In this document: positions 38,247 to 44,445 of the stretch, in pieces | Layout: the number at the start of each line of letters is the position of its first letter | Position numbering within the stretch: position 1 is the first letter of the stretch | Origin: an uncultured Actinomycetes bacterium | GTDB lineage: Bacteria > Actinomycetota > Acidimicrobiia > Spongiisociales > DATADW01 | DNA: 44,445 nucleotides | Direction of reading: 5' to 3' | Assembly (NCBI GenBank): GCA_963824995.1 | Contig: CAWGRK010000004.1 | Location: 62,001-106,445 of the forward strand | The notes under the pieces: generated by a model | What the model saw: only the letters and a program-made list of their open reading frames with translations | Databases searched by the model: none | Told to the model about the DNA's origin: nothing | Position numbers and translations under genes: made by a program

Positions 38247-41200
38247 GTGACTCAGCCGGACACCGCCTCTTCGCATGGCACGCGAACGATTCTCTTCACT
38301 GACCTGGAGGGCTCGACCGACCTGCGAGTTCGCCTCGGTGACATTCTGGCCAACGAGGTCCTCGCGGAGCATGACCAGTTGGTGCGATCACACCTCGAGG
38401 CTGGTGGCGGCACCGACATCAAGGGGCTCGGGGACGGGTTCATGGCTCTCTTTTCCTCTGCGAGCGACGCCATTGAAACGGCCGTGACCATCCAACGGGC
38501 CATCGAGGAACACAACAGCGCCCAACCGGAAAGGGCCATGTCGGTGCGGATGGGTCTCAACAGCGGCGATGTCACCCACCGCGAAGGGGAAGCTCATGGC
38601 ACCGCGGTCCACGCGGCTGCGCGCGTCGCCGCCAAGGCACAGGGTGGTCAGATTCTCGTATCGCAGATCGCGTCCGATCTCGCGGGCTCACTCGGGAAGA
38701 CCAAGGTGGTCGACAGAGGGCTGTTCTGGCTCAAAGGATTCCCAGATCGATGGCGTCTCTACGAGGTCCTCTGGAGGGAGAAGGAGGCTGCGGGTGATCG
38801 CCTGAGCCGCGAAGTCAAGGAGGCATCCGCAGCAGCCTTCGACCCAGCGACCCCACGGTCCGCAGGTCCGATTGTGGGAAGGGTGCACGAGCAGCGGGTC
38901 ATCAAAGAGCAACTCTCTGCCGTCATCGGAACCGGCTTGCGCGCAGTTGTGTTGGAAGGTGAGGCTGGGATCGGCAAGACGAGAATGCTCGAGGTCACCG
39001 TTGATCTGGCCGGCACGTCGGATACACCGTTCTTGACGCTCGACGTGGCAGCGGACGAGGAGCTGAGCGGACCATATCTCCTGTTTCGGTCCCTGCTCAG
39101 TTCCGAGCGAATGACAGTCGTCGCGCGCGAGGCAATGGCTTTGGAACCCCTCGACCGGGCACAGGATGCCATCAGCGGGAGGTCTGGCAACGGTGACGGG
39201 CCTGTCCCCTCAGGAACGAATGCTTCGCATCTTCGACGAAGTCGCATCTGCTGTCTCGGCAATCACCAGGGTACGCCCAGTCGCTCTGCTGTTCGACGAC
39301 CTCCAGTGGGCCGACGAGGACAGCATCCAGATGATCCGCTACCTCGTGCGCACACTGCCGACGGCACCGATTTTTCTCCTGACCACGGTCCGTCCCTACT
39401 CGGAGTCGTCCGGCGCCGGCAAGCTGATCGCCGACCTCGATCGGATGAGGGTCACGCACGTGTTGCGTCTGGAGCGGTTTACCCGCATGGAGACGGCTGA
39501 GTTCCTGGAGAACGTGCTTGGTTCCCCCGTCGACGAACAGACCGTGCAGAGTCTGCATGCCCGCTCGGAAGGGGTCCCATTCTTCATTGAGGAGCTCGCC
39601 CGTGCTTACCGCGAGGCCGACGCTCTGCAACTGATGGACGGAACCTGGATGATGACACGCCTGAGTGGCCCAATGGTTCCCTCCTCGATTCAGTCCCTCA
39701 TCGAGCGACGTCTCGCACAGTTGTCCGGGGACGGTCGTGGTCTCCTGGCCGACGCCGGGGTCCTCGGAAGGAGGTTCAGGCTTTCCGTTCTGGCGCCGGT
39801 TCTCGCCAACGTCAGGCGTGAGGACGAGAAGCCCGAGTGGGAGCTGGCTGAGGAGCTCGGCATGGCCGTCCAGCTCGGGTTGATCGTCGAAGAGGCCGAC
39901 GACGCCGAGTACGACTTCACGTTTTCCCACGATCAGATTCGAGCCTCGCTCCTCGATGACATGCCACGCCGTCGCCGACAGGCCATCCATGGAGCGATCA
40001 CTGAGATCCTCTCGTCGCAGGAAGGCGAGGTGGACCTGTCGATGCTCGCCTACCACGCGATGAAATCGGGCAACAATCAGGAAGCCGTCTCGAGTGCGGT
40101 TGCAGCGGCCAAAGCCGCGCTTGCCGCGTCCGCACCAGAGGAGAGCATTCGTGCTCATCGACGGCACCCTGCCCGCTGCGTCGGACCCCGCGGACCGGAT
40201 CGAGATGCTCAGGGTCAAGGACGATGCCCTCGAAATGCTCGACCGGGGGATGGATCGCATCGCGAATCTCGCCGAGATGAGTGCCTTGAGTGGTGCGATC
40301 ACCTCACCTGCGCTCGAATCCGAAGTAAGGCTGCGAAGGGCTTCGGCCTCGCGGGCGATCGAGGACTTCGACGCCGCGATCGAATTGGCCACAACCGTGC
40401 GCGAGACGGCCGTCGAGGTCGGCGACCTCGACCTCGAACTCAGGGCATGCCTGGAACTCGGCCAGGCTCTTGCGAGAAGCGCTATCGGCGAGGCCTATTG
40501 GCCCTTGACCGAGATCGATCTCGATCCGCCCGAAGACGCGTATGCGAGGGCTCTGGAGCTTGCACGCGAGACGGGTTCGCGGGCTGCCGAAGCCACCGCC
40601 CTCCGCGAACTTGCGGTCATCGCGGGGGGGCGGACACGACAGACGGCCCTTGCCGCCGTGCAGGAGGGAACATCCAAGTTCGAGATCCTCGCCATGGGAC
40701 CCACGTTGTTCGCCGAACCGAAGCAACTGGCGGAGCAGGCATTCGAGATCTTCGAGGAGATCGGCGATCAGCGAGGCGCGATGTCCGCGTTGATCTCGAT
40801 GGCCTATGCACACGTCACGGACCCGACAGCCCACGGCATGGCGGGTCGGATCGAACACATTCGGGCACTCCACAACAGTCGTGAAGGCGCCGTCACCGAC
40901 AGCCAGCGTGGCAGAGAGGATGCTCTCATGCTCTACAGCATCCACACCTACGCCCGCCACAACGCGCAGCCTGATCTGGCCCTCGAACGAGGCCGCGAGG
41001 CTTTCGAGGCGGCGAGGAGGATGGGCGATCGGTGGCTGGAGACGCTGGCAGCCGGTGGCATGTCGATGACGTGCGCATCGTACGGTGCGGTAGATGACGC
41101 CACGGCGTGGTTGGAACGAGCGGCCACGGCGGCCATGACGGTTCCGAGTACCTCAATGGCTCGTCGGATGGAGATGTGGCGGGGTGCATGTGCAGCTGCT

Positions 41201-41926
41201 CGCGGCGATGTCGAAGGGTTGCGCGCCCACTTCGAGCGAGCCGCCGAACTGGCTGGCACCAAGAGCCCGGCTGCACGGGCGGAGGCATATTGCGCACTCG
41301 CCATCGAGACCTGCAAACTCTGGGCCACCACGGGCGATGCAGCTCTCTTGGATCGAGCGCGGTTGGCTGCCGGGGCCACGCTCGATGCGATCAGGCCGTT
41401 GCCTGGCGATCTTCCATGGGAGGCCGTCGCCCATGCGGTTCTGGCGGTCGTAGCCGAAGCAGAGGACCGTCCCTCGGATGCCGCCGATGAATCTCGGATC
41501 GCGCTCTCAACGCTTGACGGCCTGACACACATTCTCCACTTCGTAAACGTGCTCTGGGCAGCTGGCCGCGTGCTGATCCGTCAGCAGGCACCCGAAGCTG
41601 ACGCCCTTGCACATCAGATCGCCCAAGGACTCGGTTACCTCAGCATGAACATGATCGACCCGGAGATCAAGACGAAGTGGTTTGCCGTCGATGCACATCG
41701 TGAGCTGGCCCAGTTGGTCGGTTTTGAGATTTCTGAGTTCAACTCGGGTGATGGAGCTGTCGGTTTGGCGGACCCTGAGGTGGCATTACTCCGAGCGATC
41801 ACTTCCGGGTCGGTCGACCATGGAGCGACAGAGGATGAGGTCTCCGCCCTGCTGTCCAAACTCGGCGTGGCATCCGAGACGGAGGCGATCGAGTACGCGA
41901 TCAAGGCGGGCGTGACGTGGCAGTGA
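38247..41926 (+). CDS. Class III nucleotide cyclase + STAND AAA ATPase + TPR-like region + degenerate LuxR-like tail; indels near 39199 and 40152
   Basis: TILFTDLEGST, KGLGDGFM, GTAVHAAARV, Walker A GEAGIGKT, Walker B LLFDDLQWAD, GVPFFIEEL, FSHDQIR. C-terminus LADPEVALLRAITSG...LLSKLGVASETEAIEYAIKAG. Joins ORFs 38247, 39166 and 40094. Confidence 0.85.
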
Positions 41927-42135
41927 GACTCATCATCGATCGTCGTCGTTGCATCGGCGCCGGAACCTGCATCGTGCTTGCCCCTTCCGCTATTCAATGG
42001 CGGCAGGGCGACTTTCTGAAACCGGAACTGCTCGACCCGACCACGGTCGACGAAGACGTGCTTCGAGAGGTGGCAGCGGCCTGCCCGACCCGTGCGATCG
42101 TGCTCGAGCAGGTGATGGCGTCCTCCGACGGGTGA
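41923..42135 (+). CDS. Single-cluster ferredoxin, probably [3Fe-4S]
   Basis: CIGAGTC (Ala at the second Cys position) and AAACPTRAI. GTG start overlaps the upstream TGA (GTGA); an alternative start is 41917. Confidence 0.88.
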   Translation: MRLIIDRRRCIGAGTCIVLAPSAIQWRQGDFLKPELLDPTTVDEDVLREVAAACPTRAIVLEQVMASSDG

Positions 42136-42299
42136 TCCGCCCTGTGCCAGTCGGACCATGGGGAGGCTTAACCCGTGACCGTGGCCTGGGCCGTCGTCTC
42201 GCTGCTAGCCGCTTGGTGGTCGATAGGGCGCCGTGACGTCTAATTGACGCCCGCAGATAACGCCACCATGGTCCGTGAGAGGGTTTGTCGGCGCCTCGG

Positions 42300-42324
42300 T
42301 TCATGTTAATGTAGTTAACATGAA
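42300..42324. promoter_or_regulatory. TetR operator overlapping the -10 box and start codon
   Basis: Perfect 10-bp inverted repeat TTCATGTTAA-TGTAG-TTAACATGAA. Contains TAATGT (42307-42312) and ATG 42320. Confidence 0.8.
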
Positions 42325-42922
42325 TGTACGTGAGAGGCAGAGACCGTATCGGATGGTTGCCCGCGCCAGGTCGACGGCGGCCACCGGCGAGAGGATCCTC
42401 GATGCGACCGTGGAGCTGTTCTGGGAGCGTCTCGCCGACCAGATCAAGCTCGAGGATGTGGCGGCCGTGGCGGGGGTGACGGTGCAGACCGTGATCCGCC
42501 GTTTCGGAACGAAGGAGGAGCTATTCGCCGCTGCAGTCGAACGTGAGATGGGTCGGGTCAGGGAGCAGCGAAATCGAGTGACACCCGGCGACGTCACCGG
42601 AGCGGTGGCCAACTTGGTCGAGCACTACGAGACCACCGGCGACAAGGCCATGCGACTCCTGGCCGAGGAGGATCGAAGCCCCACCATCAAAGACATCGTC
42701 GACACCGCCCGCACCGTGCATCGTGAGTGGTGTGAGCAGGTTTTCGAGCCGTACCTAAGACATCTATCTGGAAGCGACCATCACCGCCGTCTCGCCCAGT
42801 TCGTGGCGATCTGCGACGTGTACACCTGGAAACTGTTGCGCCGGGATTACCGATTGAGCCGATTCCAATCGGAGCGAGCGATCGCCGAGATGCTGGCCCC
42901 ATTCACAATTGAGGAGACCTGA
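42320..42922 (+). CDS. TetR/AcrR family transcriptional regulator
   Basis: TGERILDATVELF...LEDVAAVAGVTVQTVIRRFGTKEELF. Confidence 0.92.
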   Translation: MNVRERQRPYRMVARARSTAATGERILDATVELFWERLADQIKLEDVAAVAGVTVQTVIRRFGTKEELFAAAVEREMGRVREQRNRVTPGDVTGAVANLVEHYETTGDKAMRLLAEEDRSPTIKDIVDTARTVHREWCEQVFEPYLRHLSGSDHHRRLAQFVAICDVYTWKLLRRDYRLSRFQSERAIAEMLAPFTIEET

Positions 42923-44208
42923 TGTCCACCATCCTTGCCTACACCTCGCCTGCCATCGGGCATCTGTTCCCCTTGACGCCGCTCCTGCTCGAATTGCAGC
43001 ACAGAGGACACATCATTCACCTGCGCACTCTTGCCAGCCGGGTCGACGACATGCGACGCCTCGGGTTTCAGGTCGAGCCGATCGACCCCGAGATAGAGCG
43101 GATCGTCCACGTCGACTTCAAAGCGAAAAACGCAAAGGGCAGCCTCACTGCCTCCTCGGCGGTGTTGAACAAGCGCGGCGTCCTCGATTCCGAGGACTTC
43201 CGTCGAACCAAGGACCAGGTTCGGCCCGACCTGTCCATCGTCGACATCAACTGTTGGGGCGCCGCCTTTACCGCCGAAGCACTCGGTGACCCCTGGCTCT
43301 CATTTGCCGCGTACACACCACCGCTCAGCTCGCCGGGCACACCGCCTTTCGGGCCAGGACTAGCACCGATGGGCGGGCCGCTCGGCAGGATCAGAGACGC
43401 CATCGTCAAGAAGGCAGTGCTCAGTGCCGTGGAGAAGGCGGTGCTCCCGTCTGTCAACTCACTGCGTTCCGGGCTTGGTCTAGCTGCAGCCACGTCCGCC
43501 GACGACCTCTACCGGAAGGCCCCGCTGATGCTGGTGGCCACGTCCAAACCTTTCGAGTACGCCACCACCGAGTGGGGACCCAACGTTGTCATGATCGGTG
43601 CCAGCGCCTGGGAGCCACCGTCAGCCCCACCTGATTGGCTGGAGGCGATCCAACAGCCCATCGCCCTGGTGACCACCTCGTCGGAGTTCCAGGACGACGG
43701 CATACTCGTCCGTACCGCACTCGAGGCGCTTGCCGGCCAACCGGTCCACATCGTGGCCACCATGCCCGCAGGCTTAGCCGATGATCTTCAGGTTCCAGCC
43801 AACGCCACCATCAGGGAGTTCCTCCCCCACCGCCCCGTACTCGATCGGGCCGCCGTCGCCATTACCCACGGTGGCATGGGAGCAACCCAGAAGGCACTGG
43901 CACACGGGGTGCCGGTCTGCGTAGTCCCCTTCGGCCGCGACCAGCTCGAAGTGGCCCGCCGGGTCGAAGTCAGCGACTCAGGAACCCGTCTCCCTGCCAA
44001 GAACCTGACGCCCCAGCGTCTCCGAAACGCGATCACCGAGGCAATGACGAAACGGGCCGGCGCCCAAAGGGTGGCCGCAGGCTATGTGGCAACCGGCGGG
44101 CCGGCCACCGGAGCCAACGCCATCGAACAGCGGTTTTCGGCGCTAGAACACCAGGTTTCTCGGACAGACAACGCTGAGAATTTCTGGACACAGGTCGACA
44201 GGTCGTAA
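42922..44208 (+). CDS. Family 1 (MGT/UDPGT-like) glycosyltransferase
   Basis: SPAIGHLFP, FLPHRPVLDRAAVAITHGGMGATQKALAHGVPVCVVPFGRDQ. Confidence 0.92.
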   Translation: MSTILAYTSPAIGHLFPLTPLLLELQHRGHIIHLRTLASRVDDMRRLGFQVEPIDPEIERIVHVDFKAKNAKGSLTASSAVLNKRGVLDSEDFRRTKDQVRPDLSIVDINCWGAAFTAEALGDPWLSFAAYTPPLSSPGTPPFGPGLAPMGGPLGRIRDAIVKKAVLSAVEKAVLPSVNSLRSGLGLAAATSADDLYRKAPLMLVATSKPFEYATTEWGPNVVMIGASAWEPPSAPPDWLEAIQQPIALVTTSSEFQDDGILVRTALEALAGQPVHIVATMPAGLADDLQVPANATIREFLPHRPVLDRAAVAITHGGMGATQKALAHGVPVCVVPFGRDQLEVARRVEVSDSGTRLPAKNLTPQRLRNAITEAMTKRAGAQRVAAGYVATGGPATGANAIEQRFSALEHQVSRTDNAENFWTQVDRS

Positions 44209-44445
44209 AGGAGTCGCTGCGGTTTAGCCGTTGCTGGCATCCGGGTAAAAACGATCCTCAACGGTGGCCACCATTAGCGCTCATCCCTAACTCTCTTCAG
44301 ATCCACCGATCTCCGACCACAGCCACACAGATCACGAGATCTGATCGCATAACGAGACACGTTGGCCGGTGCTCTGTAACGGCACTTGGTATCGGCTCAC
44401 CCCAACGGGAACGCCGGTGATGGTCGAATCAGCCGATTGGAAGAC

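Noticed and set aside
44209..44445. Terminal non-coding stretch as a possible RNA gene or mobile-element end
   Set aside because: No tRNA cloverleaf, terminal inverted repeat or convincing ORF could be identified.

Overview
GC-rich bacterial DNA, probably actinobacterial and possibly Acidimicrobiia-like (inferred from Thr-rich lipoprotein linkers, leaderless promoters and cyclase-STAND proteins). Roughly 18 small indels break otherwise intact genes, most likely long-read consensus errors, so many genes were rebuilt across frames by eye. From left to right: (1) a partial secreted lamin-tail/OB-fold nuclease-like gene; (2) a two-cyclase-domain STAND-TPR protein, divergent from a candidate new RiPP/isoprenoid locus made of a ComQ-like isoprenoid-synthase-fold enzyme, two duplicated NHLP-leader-like small proteins and a SAM methyltransferase; (3) RidA; (4) a SorC-regulator/aldolase/CbbY/DhaL/DhaK operon, divergent from a sugar-type ABC importer with two amidohydrolases, one fused to a permease; (5) ArsR-SRPBCC; (6) a 12.5-kb IclR-linked catabolic island (CoA-transferase, PTE-like lactonase, Zn dehydrogenase, TRAP transporter, citryl-CoA-lyase-like protein, ThDP enzyme, acylating aldehyde dehydrogenase, TIM-barrel protein, AroQ); (7) an AroK-AroB fusion, a GNAT, a DUF5946-like gene and a hidden Zn-ribbon microprotein; (8) a second cyclase-STAND-TPR coupled to a ferredoxin; (9) TetR plus a family-1 glycosyltransferase. 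I saw no rRNA, tRNA, CRISPR array or transposase. All family assignments come from motif recognition, not database searches.
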